Below, piece by piece: positions 9,794 to 26,937 of a DNA stretch of 64,000 nt. A program made the translations under genes and the position numbers. The DNA is taken from the NCBI GenBank assembly GCA_040755995.1, contig JBFMAF010000032.1, positions 355,212-419,211 on the forward strand, given 5' to 3'. The DNA comes from Acidobacteriota bacterium (GTDB lineage Bacteria > Acidobacteriota > CAIWXX01). Under the pieces are notes generated by a model. The model made no database searches. It saw only the letters and a program-made list of their open reading frames with translations, and was not told the origin of the DNA. The first letter of the stretch is position 1. Each line of letters begins with the position of its first letter.

Positions 9794-9868
9794 GCAACAC
9801 AGCAACACACGGCTGTTGTATCGAGCGGATGGGGACGGTAGAATGAAGTGAGGCCGAGGTGGTGAGCG

Positions 9869-10486
9869 ATGCCGGTCCATGAAGAGATAACCGCCCGCAC
9901 TGCGCTGCGAATGACGGAGGACGAATTCGTGGCGTGGGCCGACGACGATACTCGAGCGGAGTATGTGGATGGGGAGGTGATCGTTCTGTCTCCTGAGTCA
10001 AGGGTGGATGAGGACATCCGTTGGTTGATTGGCGGCGCGCTCAGGGCATTCGTGGAGCGCCACAAGGTGGGACGGGTCTACGGGCCGAACATGCTGGTGC
10101 GCTTGCGCACGGGCGTCCGTCGCACACCAGACCTCCTCTTCGTGTCCGCCGCACATCTCGATCGCATCCGAGAGGCTCATGTCGAAGGCGCACCTGATCT
10201 GATCATGGAGATCGTGTCGCGGGACAGCGCTGCGCGCGACTGGCATGACAAGTTTGCGGAGTACGAGGCTGCGGCAGTTCGGGAGTACTGGATCGTGGAC
10301 CCGGCGGCCCGGCGGGTGGATGTCTATGCCCTTGATTCGGCTGGACGCTACAGCGCGCAACCACAAACGGAAGGTGCATGGCGATCAACGGCTGTTCCGG
10401 GCTTCTTCATCCGGCCGGAATGGCTCTGGCAAGAGCCGCTGCCAGAGACCATCGAGCTGCTCCGAGCGCTCGGAGTCATCAATTGA
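9869..10486 (+). CDS. Uma2 family endonuclease
   Basis: EYVDGEV, RTPDLLFV, APDLIMEIVS, KFAEYEAAAVREYWIVDP. Confidence 0.92.
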   Translation: MPVHEEITARTALRMTEDEFVAWADDDTRAEYVDGEVIVLSPESRVDEDIRWLIGGALRAFVERHKVGRVYGPNMLVRLRTGVRRTPDLLFVSAAHLDRIREAHVEGAPDLIMEIVSRDSAARDWHDKFAEYEAAAVREYWIVDPAARRVDVYALDSAGRYSAQPQTEGAWRSTAVPGFFIRPEWLWQEPLPETIELLRALGVIN

Positions 10487-10737
10487 ATGCGGAACCGTGG
10501 AAATGCGGAATGCGGAATGCGGAATGCGGAATCCGCCACAACCACCGACCGCGGCCAGTTGCCTCTGTCGCCGGCTGCGCAACGGTCATTGCTACCACCG
10601 TCAGGTCGTTCGCCCTATTCCGCATTCCGCATTCCGAATTCCGCATTGTGCATGCGTCGATCACGAAGGTATCCTCCGCGCCCGAGCCCCCAAGTGCGAA
10701 CAGTGACGCCCAACGCGGCGGATTCCGCATTCCGCAT
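10485..10737 (+). repeat. Heptamer-IR element E3 (core 10533-10616 inverted, tail forward)
   Basis: Core ends in GTTCGCCCT, the reverse complement of the AGGGCGAAC start; tail in the same orientation as E2/E4. Confidence 0.9.
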
Positions 10738-10788
10738 CGTGGTGACCTCAGACCCACCGGAGTGCCGGAACGATGCAGGGTGGCCCTG

Positions 10789-10824
10789 AATCTGCAATCT
10801 GCAATCTGAAATCTACAATCTGAT
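10789..10824 (-). repeat. AGATTTC-family heptamer array
   Basis: aatctgcaatctgcaatctgaaatctacaatctgat just before the ATG at 10826. Confidence 0.8.
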
Positions 10825-10825
10825 C

Positions 10826-11485
10826 ATGCCCATCCGCGTTCTCCTGGTTGACGATCACCAGCTGGTGCGGGAGGGGTTCCGCTCGATGCTGGAGGGGGTC
10901 GTGGATATCGAGGTCGTCGGCTCCACCGGTGAGTCCCGGCTCGTGCCAGACCTGGTCGCGCGTCTCCGCCCGGACGTCGTCGTCCTCGATCTGATGATGC
11001 CTGGACCGAGCGGGTTGGACCTCGCCGGGCTGATCAGTCACGGACAGGTAGCCGCCCGGATCGTGGTCCTCACGATGTACTGCGACCCGGCCTATGTCCA
11101 TGAGGCATTCCGAAAAGGAGCCGTGGGCTACGTGCTGAAGGGATCGAGTCGCGAGTCGTTGGTTGAGGCGATCCGGAGCGCTGCCGGCGGGGAGTACTAC
11201 TTGTGTCCGGAGCTGGACAGGGAGGCGATCGACGCGTTCGCCCGCAGAGCCAGGGGCGCGTCCCTCGACTACTTCGACGCGCTGACGGCACGCGAACGGG
11301 AGGTTCTGCAACTGGCGGCCCTCGGCCTCCTCAACAAACAGATCGCTGCCCGTCTATCCATCAGCGTCCGAACGGTGGAAACCCACCGCGCCCGCCTCAT
11401 GCGCAAGCTCGGGCTCGGCTCCCAGACCGACCTGGTCCGCTACGCTATGCGCAAAGGCATTCTGCCGCCGGACTTCCAGATGTAG
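10826..11485 (+). CDS. NarL/LuxR-family response regulator
   Basis: VLLVDDH, VVLDLMMP, GYVLK, LTAREREVL..NKQIAARLSISVRTVETHR. Confidence 0.95.
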   Translation: MPIRVLLVDDHQLVREGFRSMLEGVVDIEVVGSTGESRLVPDLVARLRPDVVVLDLMMPGPSGLDLAGLISHGQVAARIVVLTMYCDPAYVHEAFRKGAVGYVLKGSSRESLVEAIRSAAGGEYYLCPELDREAIDAFARRARGASLDYFDALTAREREVLQLAALGLLNKQIAARLSISVRTVETHRARLMRKLGLGSQTDLVRYAMRKGILPPDFQM

Positions 11486-11538
11486 TCACAGTGCCTACCC
11501 CGGGGCGGTCCGCGGCCGTGCGGCATGGGACCAACCAC

Positions 11539-11770
11539 AATGCGGAAATGCGGAAATGCGGAATGCGGAGTGCGGAATGCGGAATAGGGCAAACCACCGC
11601 ACGGCGGCCGAAACCGGCAGTGCGGAGCCGCCAATGAAGGTGCTCGGCCGCGGTCGGTGGCGTTGACAGATTCCGCATTCCGCATTGTGCACGCGTCGAG
11701 CACGAAGATATCCTCCGCGCCGGAGCCTGCAGGTGCGAGCAGCGACGCCCAACATGGCCGATTCGGCATT
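11539..11770 (+). repeat. Heptamer-IR element E4 (core 11586-11669 forward, plus tail)
   Basis: Same architecture, 84-nt core. Confidence 0.9.
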
Positions 11771-13649
11771 AGGAGGGTGGTTGGCGAAGCGGGATGTCGA
11801 CTGTGATGCAGGTGCCCCGTTCCGGCGAAGACTCGATGGTGAGTTGGCCACCGAAGGCCTGCGCCCTCTCGCGCATCCCGACCAGGCTGGCTGCCTGACC
11901 GCCGTGCAGTACGGCCGATGTGTCGAATCCATGACCGGCATCCTCGACCTGGATCCTTAGCGTTTCGCCGTCCGACCAGAGCCGGACGGCGGCGGCCTTG
12001 ACTGCTGCGTGGCGCGCGACGTTGGACAGGCTCTCCTGGACGATCCGGTACGCGGCCGTCTCGATCTCCGGCGGGAACCTCCCATCACCCAGGTTCGCTT
12101 TGACCTCCACCAGGACCCCCGTGCGCCGTCCGAAGCGGTCCGTGAACGCGCTGAGGGCCGGGAGCAGCCCGAAATCGTCGAGACTCCTCGGCCGCAGGTC
12201 CTGCGTCATCTCACGGGTGCGGGCCAACAAGGAATGGACAAGTTGTACTGCATCGCCGGCCTGTCGTCGAGGGTCCGTGTCGGCCCCGCAGGCAGTCGCC
12301 TCCAGCAGCAGCCGAAGCTGAGTGAGACCCTGTCCCAGCTCGTCATGCAGGTTGCGGGCGATAGCCTTGCGCTCCTGTTCCTGAATCTCGGTCAACCTGC
12401 GACTCAGCGCCTCCAGCTGGGCCTTCGCGGTGCGCTGTTGGTCAAACAGCCGTGCCTGAGAGATCGCGACGGCGGCCTGTTCGGCCAGTGCCCGCAAGAA
12501 CTCACACTCCTCCCCTGTGAAAAACCGGGCTCTGCCAATGGCCAGAACACAGAGCAGTCCAACCAGCTCCTCACGGAACCGCATCGCTGCGAGGACGACG
12601 GCGCGCACGTCGTCGCGCTGGAGAAGCTCCGCGTAACCGGCATCGGGGATCTTTGCGATGTTGGAAATGGGGATGACATCTTTACCTTCTCGAAACGCAT
12701 CCTCAACGAGGTTGAGTGGGAGCGATTCGCGGGCGGAGAACCCTAGTAGGGGGTGCCCGGCAGCGCTGGCGCGTACAAGGACATGCCGGTCGGCATCGCA
12801 CAGGAACAGGCTGCATCTCTGCACCCCCAGCGCGCGCACCGCCTCATCGCACACCGTCTTCATGATCTCCGGCAGATCCAGGTGCGCGCCGATCCGGATG
12901 GCCACACGGGCGAGGGCGTCTGCCAACGCTGCCGATCGAAGTGCCCGCCTCTCGGCCGCCCTCCGCTCAGCCACCTCCTCGCCCAGCTTCTCATTCACCT
13001 GCGAAAGCTGACCGGTGCGCTGCCGCACCATCTCTTCCATCCTGTCGCGCCCTCTTCGGAGCGCGTCGACCATCCGCTGGTGACGGACTGCCATCGCGTA
13101 GATGTCCGCCAGCCTCTTGATGAGCTCCAAGTCCGAGTTGTTGTAGTTGCGTGTGGCGTTTGCCACCGAGACCTGCCCGAGCACCTCGCCTTCTGCCACC
13201 GCCGGCGCGGATAGGAATCGTTCGATCGGGAGATGGCCCCGGGGCGGACCGCCCCCCCACCTCGGATCTTGCTCCGGGGCGTTGGTCACGAGCAGCTCAC
13301 GATGAATCAGTACCCATCCCCACAAGCCCGTAAACTCCTCGAACACTATGCTCTTGCCCGGCACCTTGCATGCGTGCCAGACATCCTTCGTCAGCGTGGG
13401 GACGATCATGTGGCCCGTCGGCTCGTCGATGTACCCGACGTAGCCCAGCGGGCTGCCCGTAAGTCGCTTGGCACAACCGAGCACCAGGTCGGCGATCTCC
13501 TCGATCGTATGAGGCGACAGCAGCGCCTTCGAAACTTCCGCCAGGTCGTCGCGCCACGGGCCCCCGGGCCGCGAGGTCCGTGCATCCGGCGGGGGCCGCC
13601 TGGTCAGGCCCCTGCCAGGCCTAGATCTCGTGCCGGACTTTTTCGCCAT
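11769..13649 (-). CDS. GAF-GAF sensor histidine kinase (HisKA_3/NarX type)
   Basis: QEQERKAIARNLHDELGQ, YRIVQESLSNVARHA, VEDAGHGF, GMRERA; probable partner of the convergent NarL-type regulator. Confidence 0.92.
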   Translation of the reverse strand: MAKKSGTRSRPGRGLTRRPPPDARTSRPGGPWRDDLAEVSKALLSPHTIEEIADLVLGCAKRLTGSPLGYVGYIDEPTGHMIVPTLTKDVWHACKVPGKSIVFEEFTGLWGWVLIHRELLVTNAPEQDPRWGGGPPRGHLPIERFLSAPAVAEGEVLGQVSVANATRNYNNSDLELIKRLADIYAMAVRHQRMVDALRRGRDRMEEMVRQRTGQLSQVNEKLGEEVAERRAAERRALRSAALADALARVAIRIGAHLDLPEIMKTVCDEAVRALGVQRCSLFLCDADRHVLVRASAAGHPLLGFSARESLPLNLVEDAFREGKDVIPISNIAKIPDAGYAELLQRDDVRAVVLAAMRFREELVGLLCVLAIGRARFFTGEECEFLRALAEQAAVAISQARLFDQQRTAKAQLEALSRRLTEIQEQERKAIARNLHDELGQGLTQLRLLLEATACGADTDPRRQAGDAVQLVHSLLARTREMTQDLRPRSLDDFGLLPALSAFTDRFGRRTGVLVEVKANLGDGRFPPEIETAAYRIVQESLSNVARHAAVKAAAVRLWSDGETLRIQVEDAGHGFDTSAVLHGGQAASLVGMRERAQAFGGQLTIESSPERGTCITVDIPLRQPPS

Positions 13650-13710
13650 CCGTCGCCGATTCCTGGATTCCCAATTCTACCATACAGAGGCGGCCCGCAT
13701 GCGACGCAGG

Positions 13711-13752
13711 AGATTTCAGGATTTCAGATTCAGATTGCAGATCTCAGATTGG
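13711..13752 (+). repeat. AGATTTC-family heptamer array
   Basis: agatttcaggatttcagattcagattgcagatctcagattgg. Confidence 0.75.
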
Positions 13753-14370
13753 CTGCGATGCCGGAGGCGACGGCAGCCCCACACCCGGGCCTGTGCGGAT
13801 CGCCAGGTCAGGACGACCAAGACGCCAGCGACCTCGGCGCCTGGGCTGTGCCGGAGCTGATATTACCTGAAGATATGTTGCCGGTCGGCGGGAAGTCCTC
13901 GAGAGGTTGCGGGCCCACGATGCACGGTCAGTGTGCGTCGCCGACTGGGCAGGCTCCATCCACCTGGCGCAGTGCAAATGAGTAGAATTACTGATGGAAT
14001 AGTGCTATTTCACCGGAGTAGACTTACAAAGTAGACACCCTGTTTGGCCGGGTTGGGAGTGTTCGGCCCGGTTGTACCGAGGGAGTGAATGCGTGCAAGA
14101 CACACGGGCGGGTTTGAGGTGTCTCCCGACATCCGCGCACACTGCGCTTTGTCGACGATGTGACCGCGTGGACCTGCCCGTAGGGCTCCAGGTCGGCTCG
14201 AAAATATTTTCGAGGCTCGACGCAAGATATCGCCCACTCACCAAATCATCCTACAGTGGGGGCGATCCTGGGCCGAGCGGGTCCGGATCCCAAGAAGGAG
14301 GGTTTGAGGCGATGTGCGTCGGTCGGCCAGCTCCCACGCGTGGCCGGAACCCTTGGCGCAGGGGGCTTCT

Positions 14371-16671
14371 ATGAAACTGCTTCGCGTGCTGATCGTCGAA
14401 GACAACGAAGACGACGCCACCCTCATCCTACGTGAGCTGCGGCGCGGCGGCTACGAGCCTCTGCACGAGCGCGTGGAGACGGGGGAAGCCATGCTGGAGG
14501 CGTTGCAGGGCCGCGAGTGGGACCTGGTGACCTCCGACTACTCGATGCCGGCCTTCTCCGGCCCGGCCGCCTTGCAGACGTTGAAGGAGACCGGCCTGGA
14601 CCTGCCGTTCATCATCGTGTCCGGGACGATCGGCGAGGAGACGGCGGTCGCTGCCCTGAAAGCTGGCGCGCACGACTTCGTCGTGAAGAGCCAGCTCGCG
14701 CGGTTCCTCCCGGCCGTCGAACGCGAGCTGGGCGACGCAAGGGTGCGTCGTCTTGAGCGAGAGGCACAACGAACGGCGCAGGATAGTGCGGCGCAACTTC
14801 GTGCGATCTTCGATGCGTTCCCGGATCTGTTTTTCCGTATGGATCTGAATGGGACAATTCTGGACTGCCACGCTGGGAAGGGTGCTCCCCTCCATCTCGC
14901 CCCAGAAGCGTTCCTGGGCAGACGGATACAGGATGCACTCCCGGCTGAGGCGGGCGGGAGGTTCGCCGGCGCCTTCCGCCTGCTGAGAGAAGCTGGGGAT
15001 GCAATCGCAATAGAATATGAGCTACCGACGCCAAACGGTGGGCACTGGTACGAGGCTCGGCTCGTACCCCTGCCTGAGTCGCAAGTCGTGGCCGTCGTCC
15101 GCGACGTCTCCGACAGGAGGAGGGCGGAGGAACTGCTGAGAAAGTCCCGGCAGATGCTACAGCTGGTTCTCGACAACATCCCCCAGCGCGTCTTTTGGAA
15201 AGATCGCGACTCTGTCTACCTCGGGTGCAACCGTCCCATGGCGCAGGATGCCGGGCTGCCGAATGCCGATGCTATCGCCGGCAAGCGCGACGCGGAGATG
15301 CCCTGGAAAGAAGCGGCGCAAACACATGTCGCCGACGACCGTCAGGTGATGGAGACCAACTCCCCGAAGTTGAACTTCGAGGAATCTCTGCCGGTCGGGA
15401 AGGAGATCCGCCGCGTGCGCACGAGCAAGGTGCCACTCTGCGACGGCGGCGGCGCCGTTGTGGGCCTGCTGGGCACCTACGAGGACATCACCGAACAGAA
15501 GAAGCTCGAGGCCCAGTTTCTTCGCGCCCAGCGGCTCGAATGCATCGGCACGCTCGCAAGCGGGATCGCCCACGATCTCAATAACGTTCTAGCCCCGATC
15601 ATGATGTCGCTCGACGTCCTCCGTGAACGGCTCACTGCACCGGATGACGCTCCGGTGGTCGACACGATCGCCACCGCGACTCAGCGCGGGGCGGATATCG
15701 TCAAACAGATCCTGAGCTTCGCGCGCGGGGGAATCGAGGGCGAGCGCCTCGTCCTGCAACCCGGGCACCTGATTCGTGACCTCGTCGAGAAGATCCTCAA
15801 GCAGACCTTCCCCAAATCGATCAGAATCGCGACGGAGATCGCCAAAGATCTCTGGACCGTCAACGGTGATCCAACACAACTCCAACAGGTCTTCTTGAAT
15901 CTCTGCGTAAATGCCCGCGACGCGATGCCGTCGGGAGGCGTTCTCACGATGAGAGCGGAAAACGCCTCGGTCGACGCGCACTGTGCGCGAATGCACATCG
16001 ACGCCAGGCCGGGCTCATACGTGGCCATAGAAGTCTCCGATACGGGCACCGGAATCCCACCGGAAGTCATCGACAAGGTTTTCGACCCGTTCTTCACGAC
16101 CAAGGAGCCGGGCAAAGGCACCGGCCTCGGCCTCGCCACCACTCTCTCCATCGTCAAGAGCCACGGCGGATTCATCAATCTCTACAGTGAGCTGGGCACG
16201 GGCACTCGGTTAAAGGTCTACCTCCCATCGACGACCACCGGGGTCGCGGCCTCGCCCGGCGCGCCCGAGCCGAACAGACCGAAGGGCGCAGGGGAGATGA
16301 TCATTCTGGTGGACGACGAAGCCTCGGTCCGGGACGTCACCGCCGTGACCCTGAGATCGAACGGGTATCGCATTCTGACCGCCGGCGACGGCGCCGAGGC
16401 CGTGGCCCTCCTCGCGCAGCACCCGAACGAAGTCAACCTGGTGCTGACCGACATGATGATGCCCATCTTGGACGGCGCTGCGACGATCCGTGCTGTGCGC
16501 AAGCTGAATCCGTCTATCAAGGTGATCGCTAGCAGCGGCCTTTCAGAGTATGCCGCCATAGTCGAGGCACAGAGCCTGGGTATACAGGGATTCCTGGCCA
16601 AACCATACACCGCTGAGGCGCTATTGAAGGCGGTGCACGAAGTCATAACTCGCGACAGGAAGCAGCCATGA
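14371..16671 (+). CDS. Hybrid sensor kinase REC-PAS-PAS-HisKA-HATPase-REC
   Basis: [47 protein letters not shown]-terminal REC. Confidence 0.93.
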   Translation: MKLLRVLIVEDNEDDATLILRELRRGGYEPLHERVETGEAMLEALQGREWDLVTSDYSMPAFSGPAALQTLKETGLDLPFIIVSGTIGEETAVAALKAGAHDFVVKSQLARFLPAVERELGDARVRRLEREAQRTAQDSAAQLRAIFDAFPDLFFRMDLNGTILDCHAGKGAPLHLAPEAFLGRRIQDALPAEAGGRFAGAFRLLREAGDAIAIEYELPTPNGGHWYEARLVPLPESQVVAVVRDVSDRRRAEELLRKSRQMLQLVLDNIPQRVFWKDRDSVYLGCNRPMAQDAGLPNADAIAGKRDAEMPWKEAAQTHVADDRQVMETNSPKLNFEESLPVGKEIRRVRTSKVPLCDGGGAVVGLLGTYEDITEQKKLEAQFLRAQRLECIGTLASGIAHDLNNVLAPIMMSLDVLRERLTAPDDAPVVDTIATATQRGADIVKQILSFARGGIEGERLVLQPGHLIRDLVEKILKQTFPKSIRIATEIAKDLWTVNGDPTQLQQVFLNLCVNARDAMPSGGVLTMRAENASVDAHCARMHIDARPGSYVAIEVSDTGTGIPPEVIDKVFDPFFTTKEPGKGTGLGLATTLSIVKSHGGFINLYSELGTGTRLKVYLPSTTTGVAASPGAPEPNRPKGAGEMIILVDDEASVRDVTAVTLRSNGYRILTAGDGAEAVALLAQHPNEVNLVLTDMMMPILDGAATIRAVRKLNPSIKVIASSGLSEYAAIVEAQSLGIQGFLAKPYTAEALLKAVHEVITRDRKQP

Positions 16672-16755
16672 AATCTGGTAGCCAATGTAACGTAGCTTGA
16701 CTGACCAACAGCCTTGAGCAAACGCAAGAAACAACGATCTCACAAGGAGGGGATA

Positions 16756-24198
<7,443 letters not shown>

Positions 24199-24204
24199 GG
24201 CTCC

Positions 24205-24347
24205 GAAATGCGGAATGCGGAATGCGGAATAGGGCGAACTACCGTACGGTGTCCAAGAAAACCAATGCGGAGCCACCGCCAGAGGCGCATGGCCGCGGAC
24301 AGGCGTTCTGGCTAATTCCGCACTCCGCATTCCGCATTCCGCATTAT
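24205..24347 (+). repeat. Heptamer-IR element E5 (core 24231-24314 forward)
   Basis: 84-nt core between inverted arrays, a few nt after the stop codon. Confidence 0.9.
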
Positions 24348-24411
24348 GGTGGCTTGCGTCCAGATGGGCCTAGGAGCGCATGAGCGCAGAAGGATCGCCA
24401 GTGGTCGAAAA

Positions 24412-24762
24412 ATGAGTGTTGAGGAGTTGAAGGGGAGGACCAAGCGATTCGCCTTGGAGGTGCTAATGTTCGCGAAGTCATTGCCTCGGGGCCCGATCTC
24501 GGATGTCTTGGGCAGACAGATGATGCGATCGGGAACGTCTGTGGGAGCGAACTACAGGGCTGCGTGCAGAGCCAAGTCTAATGCGGACTTCGTCTCGAAG
24601 ATGGGGACCGTCGAGGAGGAGCTGGATGAGACGATGTACTGGATGGAGATGCTGGTCGAAGCAGGGATCGTCCGAGCGGAGAAGACTACGTCCCTGATGA
24701 AGGAGGCCAATCAACTCTTGGCAATCACCGTGGCCAGTATCCGAACGGCGAGAAGAAGGTGA
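24412..24762 (+). CDS. Four helix bundle protein (23S rRNA IVS-protein / bAvd-like family)
   Basis: LKGRTKRFAL..LGRQMMRSGTSVGANYRAACRAKSNADFVSK..EELDETMYWME..KEANQL. Confidence 0.93.
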   Translation: MSVEELKGRTKRFALEVLMFAKSLPRGPISDVLGRQMMRSGTSVGANYRAACRAKSNADFVSKMGTVEEELDETMYWMEMLVEAGIVRAEKTTSLMKEANQLLAITVASIRTARRR

Positions 24763-24766
24763 CAGA

Positions 24767-25024
24767 GAAATGCGGAATGCGGAATGCGGAATGCGGAATA
24801 GGGTGAACCACCGCCCGGTGTCCGAGACGGCCAGTGCGGAGCCACCGCCAGCAGCTCATGGCCACGGACAGTCGTTGTGGCAGATTCCGCATTCCGCATT
24901 CCGCATTCCGCATTATGCCTGCGTCGGCCACGAAGGTAACCTGCGCGCTACGGTCCGCAAATGTGAATCGGGACCCCCCCAACGTGGCAGATTCCGCATT
25001 CCGCATTCCGCATTCTGCATTGTG
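24767..25024 (+). repeat. Heptamer-IR element E6 (core 24800-24883 forward, tail, third array)
   Basis: Most complete copy: array-core-array-tail-array. Confidence 0.92.
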
Positions 25025-25076
25025 CCGACATCTGTTCCGATGGCTTCAGAAGCGCACGAGCGCAAAAGGACGACCA

Positions 25077-25907
25077 GTGGCTGAGAAGAACCATACCGTC
25101 GAGGATCTCGAATTCCGCTTGCTACTCGACGCTATATATGACCGCTACGGTTTCGATTTCCGCGGCTACGCGCCGGCATCGCTGAAGCGACGCGTCTGGA
25201 AGTGCATCCAACAGGAGAAACTGACGACTGTCTCCGCTCTGCAGGACCGAATCCTGCATGATCCGGCGTGCATGGAACGGCTGCTGATGGTCATTTCGGT
25301 TGACACCACGGCGATGTTCCGCGACCCGGGCTTCTATGCTTCACTGAGGAAGAATGTGCTGCCGGCGCTCAAGTCGCTGCCGTTGCTGCGGGTCTGGCAC
25401 GTCGGATGCGCCACGGGTGAGGAAGTCTACTCGACGGCGATCCTGCTCCATGAAGAGGGACTGCACGACAAATGCAGGCTCTACGCCACCGACATGAATG
25501 AAGCCCTGATCGAGAAGGCCAAGTCCGGCATCTTCGCTCTGGACGCCATGCGGGCGTACACCGACAACTACCTCAAGGCCGAGGGCAAGAAGTCATTCTC
25601 CGAGTACTACACCGCAAAGTACGACAACGCGATTCTGCGGCCCGCACTGCGCAAGAACATCCTCTGGGCCCAGCACAACCTGGTCACCGACGGGTCGTTC
25701 AACGAGTTCCACCTGGTAATGTGCCGCAACGTCATGATCTACTTCGACCGGCCGCTCCAGAACCGCGTCCACGACCTCATCTATGACAGCCTGGCCCCCG
25801 GCGGCTTCCTCTGCCTCGGCCTCAAGGAATCAACCAAGTTCACCAGCCACGAAGCCGACTACGACATGGTGGACGCGGCGAACAAGGTCTTCAGAAGGCG
25901 GACCTGA
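25077..25907 (+). CDS. cheR: CheR-type protein-glutamate methyltransferase
   Basis: YGFDFRGY, TAMFRDP, VWHVGCATGEEVYS, YATD, CRNVMIYF, GGFLCLG. Confidence 0.92.
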   Translation: MAEKNHTVEDLEFRLLLDAIYDRYGFDFRGYAPASLKRRVWKCIQQEKLTTVSALQDRILHDPACMERLLMVISVDTTAMFRDPGFYASLRKNVLPALKSLPLLRVWHVGCATGEEVYSTAILLHEEGLHDKCRLYATDMNEALIEKAKSGIFALDAMRAYTDNYLKAEGKKSFSEYYTAKYDNAILRPALRKNILWAQHNLVTDGSFNEFHLVMCRNVMIYFDRPLQNRVHDLIYDSLAPGGFLCLGLKESTKFTSHEADYDMVDAANKVFRRRT

Positions 25908-25910
25908 ACC

Positions 25911-26085
25911 GAATGCGGAATGCGAAGTGCGGAATGCGGAATAGGGCAAACCACCGCATGGTGTCCAAGACGACCAGTGCGGAGCCACCGCCAGTGGCGC
26001 ACGGCCGCGGGCGGTCGTTGTGGCAGACTCCGCATTCCGCATGCCGAATTCCGCATTGTATTAGCCTCCGCGCTACGGCCCGCAA
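25911..26085 (+). repeat. Heptamer-IR element E7 (core 25943-26026 forward)
   Basis: 84-nt core, shortened tail. Confidence 0.88.
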
Positions 26086-26097
26086 GAGCATACAGCG

Positions 26098-26709
26098 ATG
26101 AAACCTGAGATCATCGTAGTGGGCGCGTCTCTCGGCGGACTTCGCGCCTTGCAGACTGTGCTCAAGGCGTTGCCGCGCCTGTTCCCGGTGCCGGTTGTGA
26201 TCGTGCAGCACCGGGACAAGGACGCCCGGGACACGCTGGCGGGGCTTCTGGCGGAGTCGACACCGCTCAGCGTCGTCGAACCCGATGACAAAGAGAGAAT
26301 CGAGCCCGGACGGGTTTACCTGGCGGCTCCGGACTACCACCTCCTGATCGACCGTGATCACTTCGCCCTCTCAACCGATGCTCCGATCCTCTTCGCCAGG
26401 CCGTCGATCGACCTACTTTTCGAATCTGCTGCCGAAGTCTACGCGCAACGAGCCGTCGGCGTGATTCTGACCGGCGCCAACAGCGACGGCGCGCGTGGGC
26501 TGGCCGCCATCAAGGAACGCGGCGGCCTAACGATCGTACAGGACCCGACGACTGCGGATGCCCGGGCGATGCCAGATGCCGCCATTGCGACCAGAAGCGT
26601 AGACATGATCCTGCCCCTCGCGGAGATCGGACCCGTCCTGGCGAAACTGGGCCGCGTCGTGGGTCAGGACGCCCTGTGGGTGAGGGGAAGGAAGGGGCGC
26701 AGGACATAG
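26098..26709 (+). CDS. cheB: Stand-alone CheB methylesterase domain protein
   Basis: GASLGG, IVQH, RPSIDLLF, ILTGANSDGA, MPDAAI; no REC domain. Confidence 0.92.
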   Translation: MKPEIIVVGASLGGLRALQTVLKALPRLFPVPVVIVQHRDKDARDTLAGLLAESTPLSVVEPDDKERIEPGRVYLAAPDYHLLIDRDHFALSTDAPILFARPSIDLLFESAAEVYAQRAVGVILTGANSDGARGLAAIKERGGLTIVQDPTTADARAMPDAAIATRSVDMILPLAEIGPVLAKLGRVVGQDALWVRGRKGRRT

Positions 26710-26900
26710 AAATGCGGAATTCGGAATGCGGAATGCGGAATAGGGCGAACCACCGCCCGGTGTCCAAGACGACCGGTGCGGAGACACCGGCAGAGGTGCA
26801 TGGCCGCGGGCGGTGGTTGTGGCAGATTCCGCATTCCGCATTCCGCATTATGCCTGCGCAGACCACGACGGCGGCCTCCGCGCCGCGGTCTACAGGTGTA
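26709..26900 (+). repeat. Heptamer-IR element E8 (core 26742-26825 forward)
   Basis: Array starts at the cheB stop codon; 84-nt core. Confidence 0.88.
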
Positions 26901-26937
26901 GGCCCGAAGCTTATGGCACTAGCCCAGAGGGGTCAAG

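Noticed and set aside
11586..11669. c-di-GMP-I (GEMM) riboswitch, since cores start AGGGCAAACC near signalling genes
   Set aside because: Lacks the GAAA tetraloop stem followed by GGGACGCAAAGC and the P2 receptor; it also occurs in both orientations.
24412..24762. Diversity-generating retroelement (Avd-like gene present)
   Set aside because: No RT nearby and no TR/VR pair with adenine-specific differences; core differences involve all bases.
24770..25084. Many short ORFs reading MRNAECGMRN / FRIPHSAFRI
   Set aside because: These are translations of the 7-mer arrays in all frames, with no independent gene evidence.
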